Source: a virus (lineage: Duplodnaviria > Heunggongvirae > Uroviricota > Caudoviricetes). Taken from it: 64,000 bases of DNA. Shown here in pieces: positions 1 to 12,144 of the stretch (the first letter of the stretch is position 1; each line of letters starts with the position of its first letter). The stretch spans positions 64,001 to 128,000 of IMG/VR virus record IMGVR_UViG_3300021255_000108; one strand, written 5' to 3'. The position numbers and the translations under genes were made by a program. The notes beneath the pieces were generated by a model that saw only the letters and a program-made list of their open reading frames with translations, was not told the DNA's origin and searched no databases.

Positions 1-1
1 A

Positions 2-2164
2 ATATTTTGGCTCTACCGCAGTAACAAGACAACCATTGCTATTTACATAAACTGGTTTTTTATCGTCACCTGCAGATCCACTCGTTGGTGCTTGAACTAA
101 TTTATGCCAATCTTGCCAAGTATCATTGGCTTCATAACGGTAGTATATATTTGAATTATTGCCAAAAACAAATTGTCTACGGTATTGATCATTCGAATGG
201 TTCTAAGCATATCCTCCAAAATTAACAATTATTGCACCAGAACCAGTTATTGGCATATTAGTAATTTGCCCCGATGAACTACTACTACGAGAAACATAAA
301 CTCCACTAGTGAGACTATTCAAATTATCACCATTAGTTAATACATAATCGCCATCACCATCATATTCTATCTAGAACATTTTTTTTGTGGTTTGTACAGC
401 GCCATTAGCATCAACATATATTGGCTATGACAAAGAGCCAACAGCAGTATTAACATCATTTCCAGTCGTAATGACTTTGCGCCAATATGTTGCATTTACT
501 GGTTTAACATACAATGAATGATTACTATTAAAACCTAATCGTGCCTCATAATGGCTAGCGCCATCAGGTGATGTATTGTATGCTTTAATAATTATTTCAG
601 CATTAGCATTATTGCTTGTGGCTGGCAATGTTGTATTGTCATGGTTCGCTGTTATTGCTGTCATCTACCCCATAGCCAAATCAAAAGAACCAATTGCTGT
701 ATTTGTCACTTGACCGTGCCCAACTTTTTGTGCAAGTGTTGCTTTACTAGCATTACCAGTTAAATTAGCAGTAATACCTCCCGGTACTTTCATTAAACCA
801 GTAGATGGATTTAATGTTGGAACTTTTGTCGAATCATTCCAAATAATACCATAAATATTGTCTGTATAAGAACTATTAGCATTTTTGGTTCCAATTGCGT
901 CACTTACGCTTCTACTTACTAATAATGGATAATCTTTGTTGTAATCAGTAGTTTGTCTATATACTCTCATACCATACGGTACTGTATTACTATCATAATA
1001 ATTTATTACTCTCCAAACACCGCAGTTATTAGGAGATGAACGAGAAGTACTTCCTTCAATGGGGAAAATACTATTAACAGAGCCATCTTCCTCAAATACT
1101 AACTATAAATATGTGCCAACTGGATATTGAGTATTTAATCGCTCTTTGTCATATACAACAATAGGATAATAATGTTCACCATTATCTATCGATAGATAAT
1201 TACCATAAGTATGCGGCGCAAGTGGTATTTTAATAGTAATAATATCACCATCAATAGCAGTCGCATTGGCATCAAATTTCCATAAGGCTGGTACAAAATT
1301 ATTACCATCTTGTTTTGCTGCTCGACAAGCCGCTGCTGTAGTTATCAGTCGCTAATTAATAGGTTCTCCTTCGTTCATTCTTAAACGATCTTTTAAATAC
1401 AATCTAGATAATATCATATCTGCCTATGACATATCAATAACATTAGAATCGTTAATAAAGACATTGTCAAAATTTATAGTATATGGACAAGTCGCTGCTT
1501 TATACTCACCAGTACCTGGATTTAACCAAGTACCATTTGGCGCAGTTAAATCGCTTCCATAATAGCCAAGTTGTATACCAAATGGCTGAAATCCTCCACT
1601 AAATCCACTAAACTATATTTTCTAAAATTTATTTTTAGATGAAAAAAGAATACCACCATACAAAGGAGATGTTCCATCCGAACTCATTAATAACGTACAC
1701 GGATAATAATCTATAGTACCTTTTGTAGTATAATTACCATCTTTTAAAAGCGGATTTAATCGCGCTGTGCCATATGTAAAACACCAACAAGAATTTGCGG
1801 GGCTATATTTATTAGCCATTTCAACATGTAAATGAATAGGACTTTTTAAACTATTATTACGTTTAAAATATAATTCTCCACAATTAAATTGCTAACTAAG
1901 TGCTACACTAGCGTTATCACTTAATTCACAAAAAGCAATAAAAAAGATTGAATAATCATTCTTCATTATTTCATTATCAGTAGTTTTAATAACAAAATAA
2001 TCATTAATATATCCATCAACATTAATATTACCATCAACATTAACATCACTGTCAACAGTTAAATTATTAACTACTTCTAAATCTGTTAACATTGCTGATG
2101 GCGTGTAGAGCGAACCAGTTACTCTAGCATTACCCTCTATAATTGTATCTTTTAATCGAGCCAT
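2..2164 (-). CDS. Tail fibre / receptor-binding protein (code 15, >720 aa, runs off left edge), with pyocin-knob-like segment near the edge
   Basis: Fragments 1892..2164, 1622..1819, 665..970 and 425..664 share one frame and are separated only by TAG. I found no in-frame TAA/TGA in 2-424. N-terminus MARLKDTIIEGNARVTG, GGGAGG RBS. Knob-like segment NGDNLNSLTSGVYVS...RRQFVFG...IYYRYE...WQDW. Confidence 0.85.
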
Positions 2165-2176
2165 AAGTACCCTCCC

Positions 2177-4447
2177 TTAACGCTCTACAAAATGATTGGC
2201 GCGCAAAACGCCATTTTTATATCTTTGTATATTTCCATCTTCTTCTATAAACCAATCATTAGATAATTGTCCGAATTTATCTACTGAAGTATTCTCACTG
2301 TATTGCCGCAAACTAAGACTATGAATGGTTGAACGGCAATCAGTAGAATCACTACCACTCCAGCCATTCAATATTCTTAATGCCAAATATTTGATTGGAT
2401 TGCCACTCCAATCTGTTGTTATAGTAATACTTCCATTAAATCGCTATTGTATAACGTCTTCATTTGGTTCAATATGCACAAAATAATGAGTTCCCTAATT
2501 ACCCTGAGTGGTTGTTTTATTTGCATCGTATCTTTCTACACCAAGATAAAAATTATTGCCTTTACTAACAGATATTGTGGCTTCCCAAAAAAAAGTTCCA
2601 GGTTGCACTTCAATATAATCGCTGCCAGCAGATACCTATAAACCATTAAACTATGGTATTACATCATAATTTAAAAATTTATTATGCGGATCGACAGATT
2701 TAGTTTTATAATAATTTGTCCAAGGAGTTTTTAATAAATTATTTTCTTCTTTTTCAATTAACTGCCTTGTCTATAAATTATTCTCTCTATCCATCTTAAC
2801 TACATTATTATATAATTGCGCGACGTCCTCCGCACTCAATGCGGTACAATAAACACGAGCATCTTTTAAATAAGCTTGTTTTACACCATTTTTTGACCCA
2901 CCATATCTACCAAAGCAAAATCCAAGTGGGCTTTTTGATAGGCCGCCTTCTGCCGCTGGGGAACCATATGATGTACCATCAATGTATCTATACAAGTAAT
3001 GATTGTCATAAACTGAAGTAATCATATGCCATTCATTATCAAGACAATTAACATCACTGGCTGTATCTCCAATTATACGCTGTTCATTTTCACCAACTTT
3101 TATTCCAAAACGACCGACACCAGAAGCCTATACTCCAACTTCATAATCAGTACTTCCTGTCCCGTCACTGATTATAGTCTAATTTACTTTAGTACTACCT
3201 TTAAACCAAATGCTTGTTGTTACACCTTCAGAAAAATAAGCTAAATTATTAGGAGTATATATTCTATCATTATTGCCATCTAATAAATATACACATTCTC
3301 CATTAAATTGTATATCACCATTAATGACGCCATTATTTCCATATCCAGAACTGTCTACAACAATTGGATCATTATAAGGCACCCATCCAGTAGCAATTGC
3401 ACCTTTTTCTAATTTTACCGCACTAACTGTTGTTTTACGGTCTCCAGAATCAGGTTTCGGCAGACTATATATTCTAAATTCTGGCTTTCGTATTATATCT
3501 TTATCATTATTGTCTTTCTCAAATGCTGGTGCGGTAAATGTTTTTACTAAATAATCTGCGTGCCCACTTGTTTGCTCCAAATTTAACCAACGAGCTACAG
3601 ACTGATCTTCCCAATAAGTTCCTAATATAAACTATGTTTTGCCAGCTGCATCATATACATCAGCATCCCATATCTATGTAGTATATTCTTCACCTGGTAC
3701 GAGATTTTCAGTTAAATCATACCAATACGCAGGAGCACCGCCAATATTAATTTGTTTTGGCTTAGGCTTAATCATGTTGGGTGCGGGATCATCAAATTTA
3801 TAATGTAAAATTAACCCCTATGATAATTCTTTTATCTAAGATTTAGACAAACATTCATCATATAGTCTAAAATCGTTGTATCTAAAATCGGCCCAACTAC
3901 CAGTGCGCGATGTACACGTTGCATCATTGCTTCTACCATTTATCATTACATTTAGTTTACCTTCTGGCTAATTCTAATAAGTTGTTGAAACTGTTGTATT
4001 ACCAATTAGTTCACCATTTAAATACAATGATAAAATGGGTTTTTTATAAGTCGCGGCAACATGATACCACGTATCTTTAATACAAGTTGTAGTTACAGTA
4101 ATAATGCCATTGCTACCATTTATACCAATGTTTAATTTATTTATATTTCTAAAACTAAAATAAATCTATGTATCTGTTGCAGTCGTGTTATTTTTACAAA
4201 ATATAATAGCATTACCACTTGTAGGTGCCAAACTTCCAGCGCCTTTTATCCAAGTCGCCACAGTCCATTCATTTCCTAAAATTTCTTCGTCTAAATGATA
4301 ACCTAATGAACCGTTTGCGCATCCAGCACCAATCTTCCCGATATCTTCAAATGCTATATTTCCATAAGTTAAATTTTCTTTAGGAAGCTAAAGTGTTCCT
4401 TGATTATGCTTGTCTTCTGTAAATGGATACCAAAGCAATAAACTCAT
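2177..4447 (-). CDS. LamG/concanavalin-A-like lectin-domain tail protein, paralog 2 (code 15, 756 aa)
   Basis: ATG at 4447 with AGGAGG RBS. Joins 3179..3580, 2771..3025 and 2177..2386 in frame and ends at TAA. Motifs MSLLLWYPFTEDKHNQG, WYHVAATY, DFRLYDECLS, GLILHYKFDD, DARVYCTALSAEDV are LamG-like. Confidence 0.8.
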
Positions 4448-4477
4448 TTAACTTCCTCCTTCTTTAAATATATCTAT

Positions 4478-4527
4478 ATTATAACAAAAAAAAAGAGGTT
4501 GGACAAATTTAATTTGCCCAACCTCTT
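4478..4527 (-). promoter_or_regulatory. Composite element: intrinsic-terminator hairpin plus T9 that also contains a sigma70/sigmaA-type promoter
   Basis: Minus strand reads GAGGTTGGGCAAAT-TAA-ATTTGTCCAACCTC-T9. TTGTCC (4501-4506), a 17-nt spacer, then TATAAT (4478-4483) preceded by TGT (extended -10). Confidence 0.7.
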
Positions 4528-5614
4528 ATCCCCAGATTAAATCAATACTATCATCTGTAGAATTATATTCAAAACGTGCTTGTTCATTTATTCTAAATGC
4601 TTCTGCATTAACTTGTCCGCCAATACCAGCGCCACCTGCTATTGTTATAGCACCTGTTGTTTTAGTTGTTGAATTTGTAGTATTATTGACAGTAACTGTG
4701 CCACGACTAATTTCTATATTACCAGTATTAACCGTTAATGATAAGGCTGTTTGATAAGCAGTCAATGCATCAGCAGCATTTTTATCTTGTAAATAAAATA
4801 CATTATTATCATTTAAAAATCTAAAACTAGCTTTATTATTTTGCCATAATTCAAGAGCAACATTAAGATTCATATAATTGCTAAAACGACTATGACCAAA
4901 AGCCTAAAATGTATATCCAGACGGAAAATTTACAGTTTCAATTTGCGCCGAAGGACTTACCCATATCTGCGCCGTTTTAATGATGCCGACATATGCAGTA
5001 TCAGATATATAACTATTGCCACTAACGTATAATAAATAATCTTCGTCAATACTGCGTCTACCAATGCTTAAATGTCCGTCCTCTACAGTAATGCTTTGTG
5101 CTGGTTTAACTTTATTTTGTTCATCGTAATAAGCTAATCTATTTCCCTGATCATATACATAATATTCATCACCACTGCTTCTTAAAACACTTGTTTCTAA
5201 AACTGAAGCAATTGGTGTTAATGTACCAGCATTCAAATAAATTGGTTTATCTACTGTTCCAATTGTTGATGTCCCTATTTTTCCATTTAAAGTAGCAGTA
5301 ATAGTTCCAGCACTAAAATTGCCATTAGCGTCTCTTTCTACGACAGTGTTTGCAGTATTCGCGCTAGTCTTAACTATAGTAGTTAAAGCACTCTACCCAT
5401 TACCTACAAGTAAATTACCAGATACAAATGAAGTAGCACCAGTACCACCATGCGGAACCTATAATGTACCCACCAAATCAGTAAGATTTAATGGATCTGA
5501 TGTTACATATAAATAGTCATCATTTATACCAGTAAGAGAACCAACAGTACCATTAGCCGCGAGTGTATTATACTAATTCTATGTCAGATAAACTATCTTC
5601 TAAAGATAACTCAT
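4526..5614 (-). CDS. Tail fibre protein (code 15, 362 aa)
   Basis: AGAGGAGGT RBS then ATG at 5614: MSYL(Q)KIVYLT(Q)N(Q)YNTL. In frame with 4904..5236 and 4526..4873. Contains VPHGGTGATSF, and the C-terminus is ARFEYNSTDDSIDLIWG*. Confidence 0.8.
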
Positions 5615-5765
5615 TCGGTGATACCTCCTCTCTTACTACTTCATACCAATCATCTGGTGATGCACCAGCTCCTAAATATACTCTATCTGTAAAAATATCA
5701 CCGTCAGTTAAAATATAGCCTTCATCTGGCTCCAATATAGTCATTATATCTTGAATAATTTTCAT
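5568..5765 (-). CDS. Small putative fibre-assembly/chaperone protein (65 aa)
   Basis: Complete ORF with GGAG RBS and TAA stop, no TAG. Motif LEPDEGYILTDG...VYLG...DDWYEV. Lies directly downstream of the LRR adhesin. Confidence 0.65.
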   Translation of the reverse strand: MKIIQDIMTILEPDEGYILTDGDIFTDRVYLGAGASPDDWYEVVREEVSPNELSLEDSLSDIELV

Positions 5766-5780
5766 ATATATTTTTCTCCT

Positions 5781-7640
5781 TTAACTAACAGTATAACCTT
5801 TACCAGTAGCTATTGCAATATCAGCAGTAGTTAATTTATAACGCATTTCAGTAAGAACTATAGCCGCGCCACTTAATGCAGTTGGCAATCCATTAAAAAT
5901 ATCTAATAAGGCATTTTTGGATAAAAGATAATTATAACGTAAATTAATATGACCCGCAAAAGTAGGTGGTAAAATTAATGTTTCTAATTGATAATTTTCC
6001 ATAAATGACGTATAAGAAGTTTTATTACTTCCATAATTGCCTACAGTCACTTTACTTAAATTTAAATTAGAAATATCTGCATATTTTAAATTATAACAAT
6101 AGCCACACATATAAGCAATTACAGTTAATGCCCACTAAGAGGTATCCCAATTTGTAAAATCAATACGATCCAATGACCAACAAGCATAGAACATGGATGA
6201 CACCGATGTAACTTTCCAATTATGGGTGTTCCAATTAAAAAAATCTGTATTTTCTAAAGCATAACAGTTATTAAAAGTAGATGCTAATGAAGTAACTGCC
6301 CAATTACTAGTATCCCAATTGCCGACTGATAAAGTATGCATACTCTAACAATTTGACCAAGTAGAACCAAGAGTAGTTACATCCCAGCCAGAAACATTCC
6401 AATTATTTAAATTTAATGAATATATATTGACGCAGCCCTCAAATGCGCTATTCATTTGTTTAATATTCCAATTAGATACATTCCAATTTTCAATATCATG
6501 AAAATTTTTCCGCATTCTATTATTGCGCCAGCAATAGTCCATACGGCTAACAGTCCAGTTAGTTGTATTCCAACCAGTTAAATCTATATCAATTAAATTA
6601 TAACAACCATCCCAAGCACTCTATAAAGAACTAACATGCCAATTGGAAGTGTCCCAATCAGTAACATTCAATTTTCTCAAATGATAACACTAATACCAAG
6701 TAGCATATAAAGTAGTAACATTTAAATTTGACATATCCCAGTTACTTAAATCTAGTTCTTCAAGGACACGACACATCTAAAATGTTGTCTACATATTTAA
6801 CGAAGGGCCCCAATTATGAGTATCCCACGGGATTTTTAATCGTTTTAAAGAATAACAACTATTAAAAGTACTAAGTAAAGAAGTTACGTGCCAATTGGAA
6901 GTATTCCATACACTTAAATCCAATTCTTCAATGGCGCCACAAGCGTGAAAAGTACTCTCCAATGAAGTCACATTCATCTCTTCTGTATGCCAATTATCAA
7001 AAATGATTTTCTTTAAATGCCTACTACGATACCAAGCTGCTACAAGGCTAATAGAAGCTGCTTTATGACCAATCGGAGTATTATCACATTCTAACCATTC
7101 AGTAGAAAAACGTCTATCTTCACCAGAACCAGCTGTCGTGGTAATATATGGTAAATTACCTTTTCGTTCAAGACAATACTAATCTTGTTGTTGCCTTGAT
7201 GCATAAGTTCCTAATGTTGCAGCTGGAATACTCACAAAATAAAATTGTTGAATATGATTATTCGTAGCAGGAGTGATCTTAAATACAACATAACGGTATG
7301 TAGAATCACCATAATTAATCCTACAATAAACTCCACTATTAAAATTCTATGTACTATCTTGCACCCAAGTATTGCCATTCATATGCCCTTGCGCGACAGT
7401 ATATTGACCAGTATTCATTGTGCAAGTAAAACCAGCCCAAGGATAATCTATATCTGGTCCATTATCATATGTTAAATAAACACCTTCAAAGTCCTCTTCT
7501 AAATCAATGGCATCAAAATTGGGCCAATCTGCTGGTCTAACCCATTCAACAGGAGGACTTAATTCGTTTGTCTAATAATACGGATTTTTATTAGCTACAA
7601 TAATAGAATTTATTTTATCCGCGCCTAAATAAACAGCCAT
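5781..7640 (-). CDS. Leucine-rich-repeat (DUF285/BspA-like) adhesin or tail protein (code 15, 619 aa)
   Basis: ATG at 7640 with AGGAGG RBS. Joins 6789..6977, 6345..6542, 6135..6341 and 5781..6110 in frame. About 10 repeats of the type LDLSxWDTSNWxVTSLxSTFxxCxxL. Confidence 0.85.
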
Positions 7641-7649
7641 ATATCCTCC

Positions 7650-9467
7650 TTATAGTCTAATTATTTCTACATTACTTACTGGTTCAATCCAATGTGGAGC
7701 ATTGCTGCCGCCAGATACTAAATAATATCCTGCTGTACTAGAAGCTAATGATTTGAGTGGTGATGTAGTGTTTGTACCAGATATAACAAGCGAATTTGCG
7801 GTAAATGAAGTTGAACCAGTGCCCCCATGAGGCACCTCTAATGTACCACTTATTGGTATATTAAGACAATCTGCGCTACCATCGAAAGAAACATCTGTTG
7901 TAGATCCTAATGCAACTTTTAATTTAACTGTATCTGTTAGTTTGTCGGCCGATCCTTGTAGATGCCAAACATTATCACTACCAGCAAATAATACCCAATC
8001 AGCAATTTTTGCATCATAAATACCATGATTAACATTACCACTGCCAACGCCCATCCAAAAATCTATTACGCTACCGTATGTCGTATGAAATTCAGCACTA
8101 CTATTGGCAACGTGCTCAGCTAAATAATGTTTTGTTTTTAAAGTATTTGTACTGGTCTAATAAGTGAAATTTGCGGATACAGCCGGACGACCAGTCACGC
8201 CATCATTATAAGACATCCAAACTTTACGCCAAGCAGCAGTATTAGAAGCATCATCGGTACTTGTTAAATTACTAATTTTATCAGCGGTACCAGCAGTATT
8301 GGCTTTGCCACTCCATTGACCAGAAGTTACTAAAGAAGTATAACTAACAGTAATTTCTCCATTTTCATTTTGATTAATTTCAGAAATCCATTTATTATTT
8401 TCGTTCGCTTGTAATTTATGACTAACAGCCTACTATACAATTTTATAAGAGCTATCACCGCCTAATAGCTCCCAATGATTATTTAAAGTCCAAACATATT
8501 CATAATGATCATCACTGCTTATAACAACATCACCTGGTACTGGTGAATAATTTGTAATGCCAGGATCTTCATCTCCACCGTCTGTAATAGCCGTTGTCAC
8601 TTTACCGATAAAATGCATAGCATTTGACAATCCCAAATCTGTTGCTGTAACAGTTACTGAATTGCCTGTATGTCCATTAACGCTAGTGACTGGTGTAATA
8701 GTCTTAGAACCTAAAGTAATAACACCACTGGCAATTTTTGCATCTGTAATACCATATCCAGCAATTGTGGTAGGTTTACCACTTGTTATTTTACTCCAAT
8801 TTAAATTAGGTATATCTGTTGCTGCTAAAGTATCCCAAGCCGGTGTAGCACCTGTACTACCAGTGCCGGTCATACTTAAAAACTTTTTTGTTGTTGTAGT
8901 ATTGGCAGCCAATCGAGTCGGCGTATTCGCTGCGCTTGAATACATAATATCGTAAGCGCCACTAAGCACTGATTTTAATATATAATCGTTAGCCGATTTA
9001 GTCGCCATCGTACCAAAAGCGCCTTGATTACAATAGGTTAAATTAGAAGAACTACTATTATATCGTCCATCCCAGAACGCTATAGTATTGGTTGTAGCAA
9101 TCGTATTATCAGCAGTAGAAGAGGTCCAACCAAGGTTTCCCTTGGCAGTCATATTTTTAATACCTCTTGTTGTTAATGCTGCGGTAGTGGTTGTTCCAGA
9201 AATAACTACACTATTAGCTGTAAAACTAGAAGCTCCAGTACCACCTCTCGCAACAGCTAATATACCATCTTCAGCGTTATCCATATTTAAATTTGTAATA
9301 CCAGTACCGTCGCCAGATAAATACTACGCATACACATAACGCCAAGGAACTGTTTCACTACCAATGTCTTGTATATTCGCAACAGTGGGCATTAAAGTAC
9401 CACTGTGATATGTATCTCCTATAATTCGAGCGGCACCCAATACCAGCAAATCTTTTAATTGCGCGAT
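7650..9467 (-). CDS. Tail fibre protein (code 15, ~605 aa), apparent ATC start
   Basis: 8433..9284 and 7650..8054 join in frame through TAGs. The frame extends upstream to ATC-GCG-CAA-TTA-AAA-GAT (xAQLKDLLVLGAARIIG) at 9467, with an in-frame TGA two codons earlier. Contains GGTG motifs and WSKITSGKPTT fibre repeats. Confidence 0.8.
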
Positions 9468-9501
9468 AAGTCATCCGCTCCTTTCTTTTGTATCATCTAA
9501 C

Positions 9502-9549
9502 ATAATATAAAAAAAAATAAGGTTGGTCAAATTTAATTTGACCAACCTA
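9502..9549 (-). promoter_or_regulatory. Second copy of the composite terminator/promoter palindrome
   Basis: Minus strand reads AGGTTGGTCAAAT-TAA-ATTTGACCAACCT then TA-T9. TTGACC (9525-9530), a 17-nt spacer, then TATTAT (9502-9507). Confidence 0.7.
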
Positions 9550-11475
9550 TTAATATTCATAAAAGCAATTACTCTCTATGGACCTATCATCTTTGATTGC
9601 GGCAACAGCATCTTCAACAAAATCATCTGCTAAAGCAATGCCTGCCTACGTAATACTTGTGGTGTCATGTAAAGAATTGCTTAATTCTCTTGAATAAAAA
9701 TTTTGTTTATCATCGATAGAAGCGGATGTTTGGTACAGTTCTTTTATATCATCGGCAGAAAGAGCTGTACAATAAATACGAAAGTCACTAATATATCCAG
9801 TATATGGAACTCCAATTGCAGAAACTCCAACCCCACGAGATTTAGAACCAAGAACTAAATCAGTACAATCAACCATCATATTACCAGCATTAATTGTACC
9901 AATAGGAGTTAAATTTTCATAAATAGTTCCAATTGTACCATTACAACTGATAGTTAATAGCGCCCATTTATTAATCGTTAATTTATTAATACTCTTAGAA
10001 CCACTTTCAACTTTAAACCAAATTCTACCAGCGTTTGGCTAAGCAGCGAATTTTTTATCTGCGTCAGCGCCAGTATTTTTACTTAAACAATAAATTGTTT
10101 CGTATTCTGTTGGATTAGCACTTTTATAATACCAACAACTTACAGTCCAAGTATTAACAGGTAAATTAAAATTTGTATATTTAATATAGCTAGAATTAGA
10201 AAAAAGAGTAGAAACATCATATTTGGCGCTATTTTGATCAATTGTTAAATTGTTAACTGCTATACCATGATGTCCATAGCCAGAACAATCTTCAATAATA
10301 TTTGTGGAAAAATTATAGTCCTCTGGCGCGCTAGAATATATAGTAGCTTTATCTCCAATTTCTAATTTTATATTTTTTATTTGTACTGATTTATTAGTAT
10401 AATTCCAAATATAAATACCAAACCAATCTCCACCACCGCCATTATAAGCGTTTCTAAAAGAAGAATCAGAAATATTCGCTACTGTAGCACTATATCTTTT
10501 CCACTCTGAAGTAATCTAGTTAACAGCTAGATAAATAGTAGTGCGTTCTAATCTTCTTGTAGAATACCCCGTGGCATTAGGACCAGAAGCTTTTCGAACA
10601 AAACAAATACTAAAGCCTGAACCATCTGTATAATTAAAGTCATCAGAACGGATATCAGCAGAAATAGTTAAAGTTTTTCCTTGAACATCAATCCATGGAA
10701 TAGTAGGAGAATCTATATCACTCCAGGCTTTTGCTCCTTCTTTATATGTCACAATATTATTATCTTTTGTCCATCTACTGCTTAAATGCCAATTAGCAAA
10801 ATTATAAGTACCTAATAACAAATTACGACCGCCACATCCATTATTATCCAATTTATAATGTAATATTAATCCTTTAGCAATTTCTTTTACTTCTTTTTCA
10901 GAAAGAGCGTGATCATATAATCTCCAATCATTCATCCAACCATCTAAATTATTACCATCAGCAACAGTAGCACTCTACTAACTCGCACCAATAGTCGCCC
11001 ACGTACTCGATGTTGTAGTTGGAGCTGGCGCACTCGTAACCGAACCAACAAGCACCCCATTTAAATAAATTTTTCTATATTGACCACGTTTATATATAAA
11101 AGCAATATGAAACCAAGCATTAGTAGGGAATTTAGTTAATGGATTACAATCCCATCTTGCACCAGTATCAAAATAGATATGTCCAGTCTACATTAGAAAC
11201 AATGATATTCCAGTACTATTAACAACAGTCCTATCAGAAAAAACACAAGATGGTACATTAGAATTAAATTTTACCCAAGCTGTTATACTAAATTCCTAAA
11301 CAGAATTGTTTAATACTGGCTTATTTAATTTAATAAAGCTATTGGCAAATTTATAACAAGATCCTATTTTTCCACTTGTAGCTTCTGTTATATTATTACC
11401 AGTAGCAATTATACTTCCATCTAATCCCTAATTGCGCAAATCGCCATTTAAAGGTAGCCAAACTCTTAAGCTCAT
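9550..11475 (-). CDS. LamG/concanavalin-A-like lectin-domain tail protein, paralog 1 (code 15, 641 aa)
   Basis: ATG at 11475 with GAGGTG RBS: MSLRVWLPLNGDLRN(Q)G. Joins 10516..10935 and 9646..9879. Motifs DWRLYDHALS, GLILHYKLDN, DFRIYCTALSADDI match gene 2177..4447. Confidence 0.85.
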
Positions 11476-11484
11476 TCAACCACC

Positions 11485-12126
11485 TCAAACAAAATTAAAA
11501 TCTAATGCTTTTGTTGTAGAATTATATTCTAACTACACTTTATGCGCATTAGAACTATCTTCAACGCAAAAGAGAGGTGAGTGTACGCCATCTAAAAATG
11601 ATTTTGTACCAGAAAAACTTTGTTCTGCCGTACTTACTACACCAAATTTTGTATCTGTAGCAGCCTCAAGTTCAATAGTTGAAACAGCAGTAGTTCCTAC
11701 TTTTATACCGATTGCCTAACCACGAGCATTATTAGTATTCGTAGTAGTTAAAGTAATGCTCTAGTATCCTAAACTTTTATTACTACCATTTGCGGCAATT
11801 CCTAGAACCGTACCAGCCGCGCCGAGTGATGAAAGACCAGTTCCACCGTGCGTAGTACCCAATATTCCGCTAATAGCGACATTTACTTGCTACTAACGGC
11901 CACTATATTCTGTTGGATCGCTGTTTCCTCCTAAATCGGTTGTAAAAATTGATGACTATACTAAACCCTTCGCATTACCGACAGTTAAACTACCAATATC
12001 AATTGTCGTAGCTATAGAGCCATCATACGTTACAGTTCCATTTGCGGCATTTGTAAAAACTAAAGAATGGGGATTAACACTCTTATGTGTACTTGTACCA
12101 GAAACTGGTAATATAAAATCCGCCAT
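11485..12126 (-). CDS. Short tail fibre protein (code 15, 213 aa), absent from the supplied ORF track
   Basis: AAGGAGG RBS, ATG at 12126, TGA at 11485. Contains GILGTTHGGTGLSS and the C-terminus (Q)LEYNSTTKALDFNFV*, homologous to the end of 4526..5614. Confidence 0.75.
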
Positions 12127-12144
12127 TGTGTTAATCCCTCCTTA

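Noticed and set aside
4904-5765. Fusion of the 65-aa ORF 5568..5765 with the downstream fibre by readthrough
   Set aside because: The small ORF ends in TAA and is in a different frame. The fibre has its own RBS and ATG at 5614.
2177-11475. Diversity-generating retroelement (TR/VR pair) acting on the LamG/fibre genes
   Set aside because: The paralogs are diverged throughout. I saw no ~100-bp near-identical repeat with adenine-specific mismatches and no reverse transcriptase in the window. A TR elsewhere in the genome is not excluded.
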